Source: Candidatus Limnocylindria bacterium
GTDB lineage: Bacteria > Chloroflexota > Limnocylindria > QHBO01
DNA length: 48,348 nucleotides
NCBI GenBank assembly: GCA_041495495.1
Contig: JBGQCU010000001.1
Coordinates: forward strand, 1 to 48,348
Reading direction: 5' to 3'
The notes beneath the pieces are model-generated. The model saw only the letters and a program-made list of their open reading frames with translations, was not told where the DNA came from and did not search any database. The translations under genes and the position numbers were made by a program. Below, in pieces: positions 1 to 9,415 of this stretch. Each line of letters opens with the position of its first letter. Position 1 is the first letter of the stretch.

Positions 1-54
1 AGGCCGGTGGAGGTCCGCCAGCCGCCGATCTGAGGGCCCTCGCCCCGAGCGGCG

Positions 55-711
55 CTAGGCGCCGGGGCGCTTCCACTCGATGCCGTCGGCAAAACGCTCG
101 CGCTTCCAGATCGGCAGCCGCTCCTTGATCGCCTCGATCACGTATCGATTCGCCTCGTACGCGTCGGAGCGATGCGGTGCGGCCGTCACGATCGCCACCG
201 CCGCCTCACCGATCGGGACAACCCCGACCCGGTGCACGACCGCCACGCTGCTACCGCCCCAACGCTCCTGCGCCTCGGCGACGATCGCCGACAGCACCGC
301 GCCGGCCATCTCCGGGTAGGCCTCGTACTCGAGCTCCAGGACCGCGCGTCCGTCATCGGCTCGGTCTCGGGCCCGGCCCACGAAGGTGACGAGCGCGCCG
401 TCGCCCCTGCCGGCGACCGCCGCCTCAAGCGCCGCGACGTCGATCGCTGCGTCAGTCAGGCCACTCGGACCGCCACCGCTCACCGGGGGCAGGAAGGCGA
501 GCCGGTCGCCGTCGGCCAGCGGCACCTCCCACGCGGCATAGGCACCGTTCCGCGCGGGTCGCACGAATGGCCGGTGGGGCACCAGGCCGGGGTACGTCGT
601 GGTGAGGGTCGACCACGCGTCGGCGATATCGGCACCTGCGGGCAGTGTGAGCTGGGTGCGGTCGGCAGCCAGCTCGCGGAGAGTGGCGAAGCAGCGGACG
701 GTGACCTGCAT
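55..711 (-). CDS. MoaD-MoaE fusion protein (molybdopterin synthase small + large subunit)
   Basis: 218 aa. The N-terminal ~85 aa are a MoaD-like ubiquitin-fold module (MQVTVRCFATLRE...) ending in an internal Gly-Gly (PPVSGGG). The C-terminal ~130 aa are MoaE-like (YEAYPEMA, VHRVG, PIGE..V.I, APHR, IKERLPIWKRE). ATG at 709-711. Confidence 0.85.
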   Translation of the reverse strand: MQVTVRCFATLRELAADRTQLTLPAGADIADAWSTLTTTYPGLVPHRPFVRPARNGAYAAWEVPLADGDRLAFLPPVSGGGPSGLTDAAIDVAALEAAVAGRGDGALVTFVGRARDRADDGRAVLELEYEAYPEMAGAVLSAIVAEAQERWGGSSVAVVHRVGVVPIGEAAVAIVTAAPHRSDAYEANRYVIEAIKERLPIWKRERFADGIEWKRPGA

Positions 712-719
712 CGGCGGGC

Positions 720-1499
720 TCAGACCGGGACGCCGGTCAGGTAGGCGAGGCTGGCCCCCGCGATCGAGCCCGCCATCACCAGCGCCATACCGATGTAGAG
801 CAGGCCGGTGCTGGCCTGCAGCGACGCGGCGCTACTCGCCAGCAGGGCCAGGATCGTGATCCCGATCGGCAGCAGGATGCCAACCACCAGGCGCAGCCAG
901 GTGAGCCAGCCGATCGGTCCGCCAAGCGGGCCCGAGCTGATCGCGATGAGTGCCAGGGCGAAGGTGAGCGCCTGGAGCACGAGCGCGCCGAGCAGGAGCC
1001 ACATCATTCGCCGCAGCGGGTCGGGCGACAGCCTGGGTGTGACCAGGTACCAGTGGCCGAGCAGCATGGCCGCGGTGACCGCACCGAGCGACAGGGAGAC
1101 CAGGATCAGCTGGGCCGTGAAGAGCGGCGCGGAGAGCGTCCCGCCGGCGGCGGCCAGGGCGGCGAGCGCCACGATCCCGGCGGTTCCGGCGGCCACCGCC
1201 AGCCCACTGCGTGGCAGCCGGGCGATCGAGGCGACCAGGTATGCCGCGGTGAGGCCGCCGACGACCCAGATCAGACCCCGGCGAAGGCCGAACGTGGCCT
1301 CGACTGCCGGCGTCGGCACGAGGTTCAGCTCCGACACGAGCAGGATTCCCGCGCAGACGGCAAGGAGCCCGGCCATGAAGAGCCGATAGCCGCGGGTCGT
1401 CCCTCCAAGCAGCTCGGTGCCGCCGACCACCAGCGACGTCCCGGCGGTGAGCGTCGCCCAGAAGATCCAGTTGACGAAGGGGAGCGCCTCGAGCGACAT
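720..1499 (-). CDS. Polytopic integral membrane protein, unknown function (~8 TM helices)
   Basis: 259 aa, almost entirely hydrophobic helices, with a GHWYLVTPRL motif. ATG start. Lies 9 nt upstream of the moaDE start and 11 nt after the Rieske gene on the same strand. Confidence 0.6.
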   Translation of the reverse strand: MSLEALPFVNWIFWATLTAGTSLVVGGTELLGGTTRGYRLFMAGLLAVCAGILLVSELNLVPTPAVEATFGLRRGLIWVVGGLTAAYLVASIARLPRSGLAVAAGTAGIVALAALAAAGGTLSAPLFTAQLILVSLSLGAVTAAMLLGHWYLVTPRLSPDPLRRMMWLLLGALVLQALTFALALIAISSGPLGGPIGWLTWLRLVVGILLPIGITILALLASSAASLQASTGLLYIGMALVMAGSIAGASLAYLTGVPV

Positions 1500-1510
1500 C
1501 GGTCAGCCGT

Positions 1511-1879
1511 TCAGGCCGAGAGGCTGCCGGACAGGCCGATCTCGACCCAGCCATCGGCGCTGACCCGTACCGGGAAGATCTCGACCGGCTCGCTGGCGGG
1601 TGGCACCACCGCCGCACCGCTGCGGATGTCGAAGCAGCCACCATGCCAGGCGCAGACCAGCACCTCGTCGCGCGGGTCGAAGCCCGCCTCGGAGAGGGGG
1701 AAGTCCTTGTGCGAGCAGTTGTTCTGGACCGCATAGAAGGCACCGCGATGCCGCACCAGGACCACCGGCCGGCCGTCAATCTCGACCGGGATCAGCTCGC
1801 CGTCGCGCAGCTCGCTCGCCGGCAGCACGCGCGCGTAACGGAGGGCGCGGCCGGCCGGCGCGGCGGCCAGATCGGTCAT
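1511..1879 (-). CDS. Rieske [2Fe-2S] domain protein
   Basis: 122 aa with the two Rieske ligand boxes CSHKDFPL (CxH) and CAWHGGCF (CxxH). ATG at 1877-1879. Confidence 0.85.
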   Translation of the reverse strand: MTDLAAAPAGRALRYARVLPASELRDGELIPVEIDGRPVVLVRHRGAFYAVQNNCSHKDFPLSEAGFDPRDEVLVCAWHGGCFDIRSGAAVVPPASEPVEIFPVRVSADGWVEIGLSGSLSA

Positions 1880-1886
1880 GACCTGC

Positions 1887-3329
1887 CTACAGCGGCCGCG
1901 CGAATGCCAGCAGGCGCGGCTCGGTCATGTCCTCGATCGACCAGCGCAGCCCCTCGCGCCCGATCCCCGAGTCCTTCACGCCGCCGTATGGCATGGAGTC
2001 GGTCCGCCAGGTCGGCACGTCGTTGACGATCACACCGCCGACCTCCAGCTCGTCGTGGGCGAGCAGCGTCCGCTCCAGGTCGTTGGTGAAGACCCCGCAC
2101 TGCAGGCCGAAGCGGCTGTCGTTGAGCTCGGCCACCGCAGCCGCGAAGTCGGGCACCGCGAAGAGGTTGACCACCGGGGCGAAGACCTCCTCGCCGCAGA
2201 CCCGCGCATCCTTTGGCACGTCGACGAGCACGGTGGGGGGATAGAAGAGCCCATCCGGCTCGCCGCCGGTGAGGGCTCGCGCTCCGCGCGCCAGCGCCTC
2301 ACCGACCCAGGCGTGCGTGCGAGCGACGGCCCTGGCGTCGACCATCGGGCCGAGATCGGTGGCCGGATCGAGCGGGCTGCCCACGTGCAGCTGCCGCACC
2401 CTGTCGACGAAGCGACGCTGGAACTCGGCGAAGACCGATTCGACCACGTAGATGCGCTGGACGCTGATGCAGACCTGCCCCGCATAGGCAAAGGCGCCAA
2501 ACGCCAGACGCGCCACCGCCCAGTCCAGGTCGGCGGTCTCGTCCACGATCGCCCCGGCGTTGCCGCCCAGCTCCAGGACGACCTTCTTCTTGCCGGCATC
2601 GGCCTTCATTCTCCAGCCGACCGATGGGGAGCCCGTGAAGCTGAGCAGCTTGAATCGATCGTCCGCGACCATCCGATCGCCGGTCGGACGGTCCATGGGC
2701 AGGATCGAGACGGCCCCCTTGGGCAGGCTCGTCTCGGCCAGGTAGCCCGCCACCCGCAGCATGACAAGTGGGTCCTTGGACGGCGGCTTGAGCACGATGC
2801 TGCACCCGGCGGCGATCGCCGGCGCCACCTTGTGCGCCGCCAGGTTGAGCGGGAAGTTGAACGGGCTGATGCCCGCCACCGGACCGATCGGGTAGCGGCG
2901 CACGATCCCGCTGCGGCCGCGATTGGCGGCACTCCAGTCGAGGGGGAGCCACTCCCCGTTGATGCGCAGCGCCTCCTCGGCCGCGGTCCGGAAGGTGAGC
3001 GCCCCGCGCCCGACCTCGCCCTTCGCGTCTCGGATCGGCTTTCCGGACTCGCGGGTGAGCAGCTCCGCCAGCTCGTCGGCGTCCTGGCTGATCCGCTCGG
3101 CCACGTGCGCCAGGGCGTCCCGTCGCTCGAAGCTGGCCAGGCGGCGCGTCGCGGCGAACGCATCGACCGCGGCGGCGGTGGCCCGCTCCAGCTCCTGGGG
3201 GCCGGCCTGCCAGGTGGTCGCCACCAGCTCGCCGGTCGCCGGGTCGCGAACCTCGAGCGGCGTCCCAGCGCGAACGAACTCGCCGGCGAGGTAGATCGGT
3301 ACCGTGTCGGAGGTCACCTGGGTGGTCAC
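1887..3329 (-). CDS. NAD(P)-dependent aldehyde dehydrogenase family protein
   Basis: 480 aa. ALDH signatures are present: the general-base region VVLELGGNAG, the catalytic Cys in YAGQVCISVQRIYV, and FTGSPSVG. The start is GTG at 3327-3329; a nearby in-frame GTG is also possible. Confidence 0.85.
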   Translation of the reverse strand: MTTQVTSDTVPIYLAGEFVRAGTPLEVRDPATGELVATTWQAGPQELERATAAAVDAFAATRRLASFERRDALAHVAERISQDADELAELLTRESGKPIRDAKGEVGRGALTFRTAAEEALRINGEWLPLDWSAANRGRSGIVRRYPIGPVAGISPFNFPLNLAAHKVAPAIAAGCSIVLKPPSKDPLVMLRVAGYLAETSLPKGAVSILPMDRPTGDRMVADDRFKLLSFTGSPSVGWRMKADAGKKKVVLELGGNAGAIVDETADLDWAVARLAFGAFAYAGQVCISVQRIYVVESVFAEFQRRFVDRVRQLHVGSPLDPATDLGPMVDARAVARTHAWVGEALARGARALTGGEPDGLFYPPTVLVDVPKDARVCGEEVFAPVVNLFAVPDFAAAVAELNDSRFGLQCGVFTNDLERTLLAHDELEVGGVIVNDVPTWRTDSMPYGGVKDSGIGREGLRWSIEDMTEPRLLAFARPL

Positions 3330-3429
3330 CGCGGCATTCTACGACCGGCTGCGGGCGAATACCCTGCCGAAGGCAGGCCCCCAGACGCGCGTTGACCTTC
3401 GATCCTCGTGGCCCCGTATCATCGGAGCC

Positions 3430-4380
3430 ATGAACCCGCTCTACCTCCTGCTGGAGGTATCCGCCGCCCTCTTCTTCGTAGGCGCGGCTCTGTCGGCGCT
3501 GCGGCGCGGCCGCCTTCCGTTCCTTGAGCTGGTCTCCGCGGCCGCGTTCGGGATCCTGCTGGAGGAGGGCGACCAGCTCGTCTTCGAGACCTACCACTAT
3601 TCGAGCGACTGGATTCTGACCATCGACCGCGCGCCGGTCGTCATCGGCCTGACCTGGGCCCTGATCATCGCGGGGGCCATGCGCCTGACCGATGCGCTCG
3701 GCGTTCGCCGCCGCTATGCGCCGTTCGTCGATGCGGTGCTCGCCATCAGCCTCGACCTGGCCTTCGACGCGATCGCCATCCGGATCGGCCTCTGGACGTG
3801 GCGGGGCATCGCGCCGACCGCCGGCTGGTTCGGCGTGCCGGCCGGCAACTTCTACGCCTGGCTGTTCGTGACGCTCAGCTTCAGCGCCATGACCCGCTGG
3901 CTGCGGGATGCGTCGGACGGGCGGCCCATCCTGGAGTGGCTCCAGCTGGTCGTGCCGATCCCCTCCTGGGTCCTCCTTCTGGCCGGGCTGATGCCATTCG
4001 CGATCCTGCGGCCGATGGTCGATCCCCACCTTGGCGGAGGGCTGTGGCTCTTCGGAGTGGCGCTGGCCGGCTTCCTCGCCATATCGGCCTGGGGGGTCTG
4101 GGGCCGCGATCGCATCCAGCCCGACGGCGCCGGGCTGGCGATCCTGGAGCTGCGCCTCGCGCTCGGCACACGCATCGCGATCGAGGCCTTCTTCCTCAGC
4201 GCGCTGGTGATCATGGGGACGGCCTGGCAGCTGCCGGTGCTGCTCGGCGCGGCGCTGCTGCTGCTCATCGCCGAATGGCCGCTCGGGCGGCTGGTGCATG
4301 CCCGCCTCGCCGATGCGCACGCGGCGGCGCGGCGGCCACTGCGTGACGGCGGCCAGTCGCCCGCGCAGAGCTACCGTTGA
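3430..4380 (+). CDS. Membrane protein, DUF422 / CruF-like (carotenoid-biosynthesis-associated) family candidate
   Basis: I start at ATG 3430 (MNPLYLLLEV...), because the upstream 42 codons of the tracked ORF overlap the ALDH gene. The protein is polytopic. The motifs ETYHY..., LDLAFDAIAIRIGLWTW and FGVPAGNFYAW resemble the family pattern D..lDP...g.W.W / GvP..N..GW as I recall it. Confidence 0.5.
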   Translation: MNPLYLLLEVSAALFFVGAALSALRRGRLPFLELVSAAAFGILLEEGDQLVFETYHYSSDWILTIDRAPVVIGLTWALIIAGAMRLTDALGVRRRYAPFVDAVLAISLDLAFDAIAIRIGLWTWRGIAPTAGWFGVPAGNFYAWLFVTLSFSAMTRWLRDASDGRPILEWLQLVVPIPSWVLLLAGLMPFAILRPMVDPHLGGGLWLFGVALAGFLAISAWGVWGRDRIQPDGAGLAILELRLALGTRIAIEAFFLSALVIMGTAWQLPVLLGAALLLLIAEWPLGRLVHARLADAHAAARRPLRDGGQSPAQSYR

Positions 4381-4386
4381 TGTCGG

Positions 4387-5799
4387 ATGGCTGACCCCCT
4401 GCCGGCCGTCGACTGGGAGCGCGCCACGGGCGAGTGCGTCGAGCACCTGCGTGCGCTGATTCGTATTCCGAGCATCAATCCGCCGGGCCTGGCCGACGGC
4501 GCCGCCGGGCGGGATTCGGTCGGCGGGGAGACCGCGGCGGCGGCCTACTGCGCCGAGGTGCTCACCTCGGCAGGGGTGGCGGCCGAGGTGCTGGAGACGT
4601 TGCCCGGCCGCGGCTCGTGCTTCGCCCGCCTGCCCGCGACGGTGCGGGATCCCGACCCACCGATCGTGCTGCTCTCCCACGTGGACGTGGTCCCCGTCGA
4701 CGTCGAGTCATGGAGCCACGACCCATTCGGCGCGGAGCTGATCGACGGAGTGGTCTGGGGCCGCGGCGCGGTCGACATGAAGAACATGGTGGCGATGGAG
4801 CTCTGCGTGATGCTGGCGCTGGCACGCGCCGGCGGCGAACGGCGCCGCGAGGTGATCTTCGCCGCGGTCTCGGACGAGGAGGCGGGCGCCGTGTACGGTG
4901 CCGGCCACTGGGCGGCCGAGCGTCCCGACCTCTTCAGCGACGCGGCCGGGCAGCGCGCCGCGGTCGCGCTGAACGAGGTCGGCGGCTACTCCATGAGCAT
5001 CGGCGGCCGGCGCGTGTACGGCATCCAGGTTGCCGAGAAGGGGATCGTCTGGACCCGGATGCGCTCCACCGGCACCACCGGCCACGGCTCGATGCCGCAC
5101 CCCGATAACGCGGCGCTGAAGCTGGCCGAGGCGGTGACCCGCCTTGCCGCGGCGCCGCATCCGCTCAGGATCACGCCGGTGGTCGGCGCCTTCCTGGCGG
5201 CCCTGGGCCTCGAATCGGTTGCGGAACGGGTGCGTGCCGGCGACGAGCGCGGTGCCCTTGCCGCCCTGGAGGAGGCGGTCGAGGACCAGGTCCTGCGTCG
5301 ATCCCTTGCAGCCATGCTGCGCGACACCGTCACCACGACCGTGATGCAGGCGGGGAAGAAGATGAACGTGATTCCCGGCAGCGGCGAGGCGCAGATCGAC
5401 GTGCGCACGCTGCCCGGCACCGACCAGCAGGCCCTGCTGGCCGAGCTGCAGGCGACTGTCGGCAGCCTGGCCCGGGTCGAGCCGGTGATCGTCCTGCCTC
5501 CCATCGAGGCCGGCAGCGACGCGCCGATCGTGGACCTCATGCGCGACGCGCTGCTGGCCGCCGACCCCGGCGCCCGGGTCGCCCCGATGATGATCACCCC
5601 GGGCACCGACGCCAAGGCGCTGGCCACGCTTGGGATCCCCACCTATGGCTTCGCCCCGCTGCGCCTTGGCGCCGACACCCCGTTCCTGTCGCTCTTCCAC
5701 GGGCACGACGAGCGTGTGCCGGTGAGCGCCCTGCGCTTTGGGCTGCCGGTGCTGCACCGGGTGGTGAGCCGATTCGTGGGCGCCGCTGAGCACGGCTGA
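4387..5799 (+). CDS. M20 family metallopeptidase (ArgE/DapE/ACY1/CPG2-like)
   Basis: 470 aa. Metal-binding motifs LLSHVDVVP and GRGAVDMKN are present, plus the SDEE region and a C-terminal HG.DE motif. Confidence 0.8.
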   Translation: MADPLPAVDWERATGECVEHLRALIRIPSINPPGLADGAAGRDSVGGETAAAAYCAEVLTSAGVAAEVLETLPGRGSCFARLPATVRDPDPPIVLLSHVDVVPVDVESWSHDPFGAELIDGVVWGRGAVDMKNMVAMELCVMLALARAGGERRREVIFAAVSDEEAGAVYGAGHWAAERPDLFSDAAGQRAAVALNEVGGYSMSIGGRRVYGIQVAEKGIVWTRMRSTGTTGHGSMPHPDNAALKLAEAVTRLAAAPHPLRITPVVGAFLAALGLESVAERVRAGDERGALAALEEAVEDQVLRRSLAAMLRDTVTTTVMQAGKKMNVIPGSGEAQIDVRTLPGTDQQALLAELQATVGSLARVEPVIVLPPIEAGSDAPIVDLMRDALLAADPGARVAPMMITPGTDAKALATLGIPTYGFAPLRLGADTPFLSLFHGHDERVPVSALRFGLPVLHRVVSRFVGAAEHG

Positions 5800-5861
5800 G
5801 CGGCACTTCAAAGGTGCTCGGCTATACTCGCGGCCGATCCAACCGACCACCTTGATTGTGG

Positions 5862-6866
5862 ATGACCGACCAGACCGACAACACCGATCCGACCGATCAG
5901 GAGCCCGAGGCGCGCGCGCTCGCCTTCGTGTTCCCCGGTCAGGGCTCGCAATACGTGGGCATGGGCACGGCCCTGCTCGAGCGCTCGCCGGCCGCGGCGG
6001 CCGTGATGGAGCGCGCCGATGCGGCGCTTGGCTTTCCGCTGTCGCGCCTGATCGCCCAGGGTCCTGCCGAGGAGCTCGACCTGACGGTGAACGCGCAGCC
6101 GGCAATCCTGGCGACGAGCGTGGCCTACCTGGAGGCGATGCGCGCCGAAGCGCGCGAGGCTGGCGTCGAACTGGCCCCGCTGCGGGTGGCGGGTCATTCG
6201 GCGGGTCAGTACGCCGCCGCGGTGGCGGCCGATGCGATCGACTTCGAGACGGCGATTGCGCTCGTCCGTGAGCGCGGTCGGATCATGCAGGAGCGGGGCA
6301 TCGAGGGGGGCATGGGGGCCATCATCGGCCTGTCCGACGAGCAGGTGCACGAGATCGTGGACGCGGCGCGCGAGCACGGCGAGATCGGCGTCGCCAACGC
6401 CAACGCGCCGGGCCAGATCGTGCTCTCCGGGGTGATCCCCGCCCTCGCCTTTGCCCTCGAGATGAGCAAGACCGTCGGGGCCCGCAAGGCCGTTCGCCTG
6501 ACGGTGAGCGTGGCCAGCCACTCCCCGTTGATGCGCCGTGCGCGCGACGAGTTCAGCCAGATCCTGGCCAAGGTGCCGTTCCGGGAGCCGCGCGTGCCGA
6601 TGCTGGGCAATGTGCACGCGACCGTGATCCGAACCGCCGACGGCCTGCGCCGGGAGCTGTCCGAGCACCTGGTGCACGGCGTGCAGTGGACCGAGACGAT
6701 CCGCCGCATGGTGGCCGATGGCGTCACCGACTTCGTCGAGATCGGGCCCGGGCGCGTGCTCAGCGGGTTGATCAAGCGGATCGCGCCGGACGTGCGCACG
6801 CACGCGCTCGACGCTCCCGGCGCCGGCGGGCTGTGGCTGCCCGGCTCGGTCGAGGCGCCTGCGTGA
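5862..6866 (+). CDS. fabD: Malonyl-CoA:ACP transacylase
   Basis: FVFPGQGSQYVGMG; active-site Ser box GHSAGQYAA (the canonical form is GHSLGE); SVASHSPLM His box. The tracked ORF begins at TTG 5856; I prefer ATG 5862. A TATACT box lies at 5824-5829. Confidence 0.85.
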   Translation: MTDQTDNTDPTDQEPEARALAFVFPGQGSQYVGMGTALLERSPAAAAVMERADAALGFPLSRLIAQGPAEELDLTVNAQPAILATSVAYLEAMRAEAREAGVELAPLRVAGHSAGQYAAAVAADAIDFETAIALVRERGRIMQERGIEGGMGAIIGLSDEQVHEIVDAAREHGEIGVANANAPGQIVLSGVIPALAFALEMSKTVGARKAVRLTVSVASHSPLMRRARDEFSQILAKVPFREPRVPMLGNVHATVIRTADGLRRELSEHLVHGVQWTETIRRMVADGVTDFVEIGPGRVLSGLIKRIAPDVRTHALDAPGAGGLWLPGSVEAPA

Positions 6867-8146
6867 CCGCGCGACGGGTGGTCGTCACCGGCATCGGTGT
6901 CGTCTCACCGGTCGGAATCGGGGCTGCGGCGTCCTGGGATGCCCTGGTCGCCGGCCGCTCCGGCGTGGCTGATATCACGCTCTTCGACACGACCGACTAC
7001 GAGATCCACGTCGCGGGCGAGGTGAAGGGCTTCGACGCGACGCAGTACATGGACGCCAAGGATGCGCGGCGGCACGACCGCAACACGCACTTCGCGGTGG
7101 CGGCCGCCGGCGAGGCGCTGCGCGACGCCGGCCTGCTCGACGCGGATGGGATGCTCGACACGCGGCAGGCCGATCCGGACCGTTTCGGGATGATCGTCGG
7201 CACCGCCATCGGCGGGATCGGGATGATCTCCGACGGCATCGCCACCCTGCGCGAGCGCGGCCCGGGCCGCGTCTCTCCCTTCCTGCTGCCGCACATGATC
7301 CCGGACGCGGCCTCGGGCATGGTCGCCATCCAGTACGGGATCCGCGGACCGAACATGGCCGTGGTGAGCGCATGTGCCACCGGCGGCCACGCCATCGGCG
7401 AGGCAATGGAGACGATCGTCCGCGGCCAGGCCGACCTGATGCTGGGGGCCGGCACCGAGGCGGTGATCGTGCCGATCGCGTTCGCCGGCTTCGGCCAGAT
7501 GAAGGCACTCGGCACGCCGATCGACCCCGACACCGGCGCCTACGACCCGACCATCGCCTCGCGCCCGTTCGACGCCACCCGGGACGGCTTCGTCGTGTCG
7601 GAGGGGTGCGCGGTGCTTGTGCTCGAGGAGATGGGCCACGCCGCGGCGCGCGGCGCAGCAGCCATCGCAGAAGTGATCGGCTACGGCTCCACGTCGGACG
7701 CATTCCACATGGCCGCTCCGGCCGAGCGGGGAGAGGGCAGCCAGCGCTCGATGCGCGCTGCCCTGGCGCGCGCCGGCATCGAGCCCGAGGCGGTCGACTA
7801 CATCAACGCCCATGGCACCAGCACACCGCTGAACGACCGCTACGAGTCGGCGGCCATCGGCGCCGTCTTCGGCCCGCATGCGGGCCGGCTGGCGGTCAGC
7901 TCGACCAAGAGCATGACCGGTCATATGATGGGAGCCGCCGGCGCCTTCGAGGCATTCGTCTGCGCCCGCGTGGTGCAGACCGGCTGCATTCCGCCCACCA
8001 TCAACTACCGTCATCCCGACCCCGAGCTGACGCTCGACTACGTGCCGAACCATGCCCGCCAGGCCGACGTCCGGGTCGCGCTCTCGAACTCGATGGGGCT
8101 CGGCGGGCACAACAGCACCCTGATCCTGGGCCGGGTCGAGGCGTAG
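6863..8146 (+). CDS. fabF: Beta-ketoacyl-ACP synthase II (KAS II), copy 1
   Basis: The GTG start at 6863 overlaps the fabD stop (GTGA). VVVTGIGVVSPVG is present. The Cys-His-His triad is complete: SACATGGHA, AHGTSTPLND, KSMTGHMMGAAG. The first 59 codons of the tracked ORF are an Arg-rich shadow inside fabD. Confidence 0.85.
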   Translation: MTARRVVVTGIGVVSPVGIGAAASWDALVAGRSGVADITLFDTTDYEIHVAGEVKGFDATQYMDAKDARRHDRNTHFAVAAAGEALRDAGLLDADGMLDTRQADPDRFGMIVGTAIGGIGMISDGIATLRERGPGRVSPFLLPHMIPDAASGMVAIQYGIRGPNMAVVSACATGGHAIGEAMETIVRGQADLMLGAGTEAVIVPIAFAGFGQMKALGTPIDPDTGAYDPTIASRPFDATRDGFVVSEGCAVLVLEEMGHAAARGAAAIAEVIGYGSTSDAFHMAAPAERGEGSQRSMRAALARAGIEPEAVDYINAHGTSTPLNDRYESAAIGAVFGPHAGRLAVSSTKSMTGHMMGAAGAFEAFVCARVVQTGCIPPTINYRHPDPELTLDYVPNHARQADVRVALSNSMGLGGHNSTLILGRVEA

Positions 8147-8155
8147 CGGCAGACC

Positions 8156-9415
8156 ATGAGCCGCGAGCAGGCGCGCCGCGCGGTGGTGACCGGGCTGGGA
8201 GCCATCACCCCCATCGGCAACGATGCCGAGACCTTCTGGCGAAGCCTGCTGGCCGGCACCAGCGGCGTGGCGCGGATCAGCACCTATGACCCCTCCGACG
8301 AGGAGGTCCGCATCGCCGCCGAGGTGAAGGGCTTCGACCCTGCCAGCTGGATGGACTTCAAGCAGGCCCGCCGCATGAGCCGATTCAGCCAGTTCGCGGT
8401 GGCGGCGGCGGCCCAGGCGATCGAGCACGCCGGGCTGCAGATCACCGACGGCAACCGAGATGAGATCGGGGTCATCGTCAACACCGGCGGCGGCGGGATC
8501 GGGGACGTGGCGAATGGGGAGCGGACGTTCCTGGAGCAGGGCGGCAAGCGGGTCAGCCCCTTCATGGTGCCGATGCTCTCCCCGTCCATGGCGGCCTGCC
8601 AGATCAGCATCCAGAACCGCCTGCGCGGCCCCGTGATCGCATCGGTGGCGGCCTGCGCCTCCGGGGTCCAGGCGCTGATCGACGCCCAGCGGCTCATTGA
8701 GCACGGAGATGCCGAGGTGGTGCTCGCCGGCGGCACCGAGAGCGCCATCCTGCCGGTCGCCTTCGCCGCTCTCGCCAACATGGGTGCCCTGTCGAAGCGG
8801 AACGATGATCCGGCCGGCGCCTCGCGGCCGTTCGACGCGAATCGCGACGGCTTCGTCTTCGGGGAGGGGGCGGCCGTGCTGCTGGTCGAGTCAGCCGAGC
8901 ACGCCGAGCGTCGCGGGGCGAGCGTCATCGCCGAGGTGGCGGGCGGAGCCATGACCGGTGACGCCTTTCATATCAGCGCCCCCGAGCCGAGCGGCGAGGG
9001 AGCGGCGCGGGCGATGCTGCGGGCGCTGCGCGACGCGGGCGTCGCCCCCGACGAGGTCGACTACGTGGTCGCGCACGGCACGAGCACGCCGCTCAACGAT
9101 GCCACCGAGACGAAGGCGATCCACGCTGCCTTCGGCCCACATGCCGCCCGCCTCGCGGTGAGCAGCAACAAGAGCATGATCGGGCACACCCTGGGAGCGG
9201 CCGGCGCGATCTCCGCCCTGGTCGCGGTCTGCTCGATCCGGGACGGGATGATCCCGCCCACGATCAACTACCAGACTCCCGATCCAGCATGCGACCTCGA
9301 CTACGTCCCGAACACGGCCCGCCGGGCCGTGGTGCGGACCGCGATCATCAACGGCTTCGGCTTCGGCGGCCAGAACGCGGTCGCCGTCTTCCGACGCTAC
9401 GAGGCGGCCGGCTAG
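8156..9415 (+). CDS. Beta-ketoacyl-ACP synthase II (KAS II), copy 2
   Basis: 419 aa, starting 9 nt after copy 1. The triad is complete (AACASGVQA, AHGTSTPLND, KSMIGHTLGAAG), so this is not a chain-length-factor type. Confidence 0.85.
   Translation: MSREQARRAVVTGLGAITPIGNDAETFWRSLLAGTSGVARISTYDPSDEEVRIAAEVKGFDPASWMDFKQARRMSRFSQFAVAAAAQAIEHAGLQITDGNRDEIGVIVNTGGGGIGDVANGERTFLEQGGKRVSPFMVPMLSPSMAACQISIQNRLRGPVIASVAACASGVQALIDAQRLIEHGDAEVVLAGGTESAILPVAFAALANMGALSKRNDDPAGASRPFDANRDGFVFGEGAAVLLVESAEHAERRGASVIAEVAGGAMTGDAFHISAPEPSGEGAARAMLRALRDAGVAPDEVDYVVAHGTSTPLNDATETKAIHAAFGPHAARLAVSSNKSMIGHTLGAAGAISALVAVCSIRDGMIPPTINYQTPDPACDLDYVPNTARRAVVRTAIINGFGFGGQNAVAVFRRYEAAG

Noticed and set aside
1-33. 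Possible 3' end of a plus-strand gene (frame 1 ends at TGA 31-33)
   Set aside because: Only 10 codons are visible, with no way to test coding potential or identity.
2299-4680. 793-aa minus-strand ORF spanning the ALDH gene, the CruF-like gene and the start of the M20 gene
   Set aside because: Extreme Arg/Gly/Pro/Ala composition with no recognisable motif. It lies antisense or out of frame to three genes with clear family signatures. This is a typical high-GC shadow ORF.
6863-9415. Tandem ketosynthases as a type II polyketide KS-alpha/KS-beta (chain-length factor) pair
   Set aside because: Both copies retain the active-site Cys (a CLF has Gln). No ACP, cyclase, aromatase or ketoreductase genes are adjacent. 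The sequences look FabF-like.
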